This document shows, piece after piece, positions 63,726 to 64,000 of a stretch of 64,000 nucleotides of DNA (the stretch's first letter is position 1; each line of letters opens with the position of its first letter). The stretch spans positions 32,001 through 96,000 of the forward strand of contig JBDRCO010000051.1 of the NCBI GenBank assembly GCA_043821645.1, written 5' to 3'. The stretch is from Pseudomonadota bacterium. Lineage in GTDB: Bacteria > Myxococcota > JACRCW01 > JAFGSX01. Made by a program: the position numbers and the translations under genes. The notes beneath the pieces were generated by a model. It had not been told where the DNA came from, did no database searches, and worked only from the letters and a program-made list of their open reading frames with translations.

Positions 63726-64000
63726 ATGCGCGTTCGTCACCTTGCTGTCTGTGCGTCCTCTATCCTGCTCCTCGTGGCCTGCCGGCCGCGGGTCGATCCG
63801 GACCCGCCCGCCGCTCCGGCGTCACCCACACCCAGTGAGGCCCCACAGGTGCAGCCGCTTGCCCAGCCCGCGGGTCCGACACCCGAGCTGTTCCTGCCCG
63901 AGAACCGATTCGACGGCGGCAAGGTCAAGCAGGGAGAGCCGATCCGGCACACCTTCATCGTCAAGAACAAGGGCCTGGGTGAGCTGAACATCGAAAAAGT
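63726..64000 (+). CDS. DUF1573 (Ig-like) domain lipoprotein, truncated by the window end
   Basis: Manual translation MRVRHLAVCASSILLLVAC..Pro-rich..FDGGKVKQGEPIRHTFIVKNKGLGELNIEK, with a GGAG RBS. Confidence 0.75.
   Translation, partial: MRVRHLAVCASSILLLVACRPRVDPDPPAAPASPTPSEAPQVQPLAQPAGPTPELFLPENRFDGGKVKQGEPIRHTFIVKNKGLGELNIEK

Overview
High-GC, densely coding chromosomal segment that looks myxobacterial (Myxococcota-like). The basis is two GltJ/AgmX-type gliding proteins, a TIGR04552-type protein, a MYXO-CTERM-like sorting tail, many lipoproteins and FHA signalling proteins. About 47 CDSs are supportable, and most long ORFs in the supplied track are antisense shadows. I found no rRNA, tRNA, CRISPR array, transposase or integrase. 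The most interesting region is 31-51 kb. It holds a translationally coupled four-gene operon: two large lipoproteins sharing an unnamed domain, a 1354-aa multi-domain GH13 alpha-amylase with a MYXO-CTERM-like anchor, and a Ca-binding lipoprotein. Facing away from it is a glucodextranase-DOMON-like protein plus a 700-aa putative outer-membrane beta-barrel, behind a sigma70-like promoter overlapped by a LacI-type palindrome. Together these suggest a surface alpha-glucan capture and uptake system analogous, but not obviously homologous, to Bacteroidota Sus. Between the two arms lies a di-heme peroxidase plus heme-motif porin pair. Other notable items are a YchF paralogue with a destroyed P-loop, a MaoC dehydratase fused to a PAKKA histone-like tail, a thioester-less alpha-2-macroglobulin-like protein, a VKOR-DsbA/OmpA-like/TlpA operon, and a strand-specific structured-RNA candidate at 26.7-26.9 kb. 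All family assignments come from motif recognition by eye; no database searches were run.
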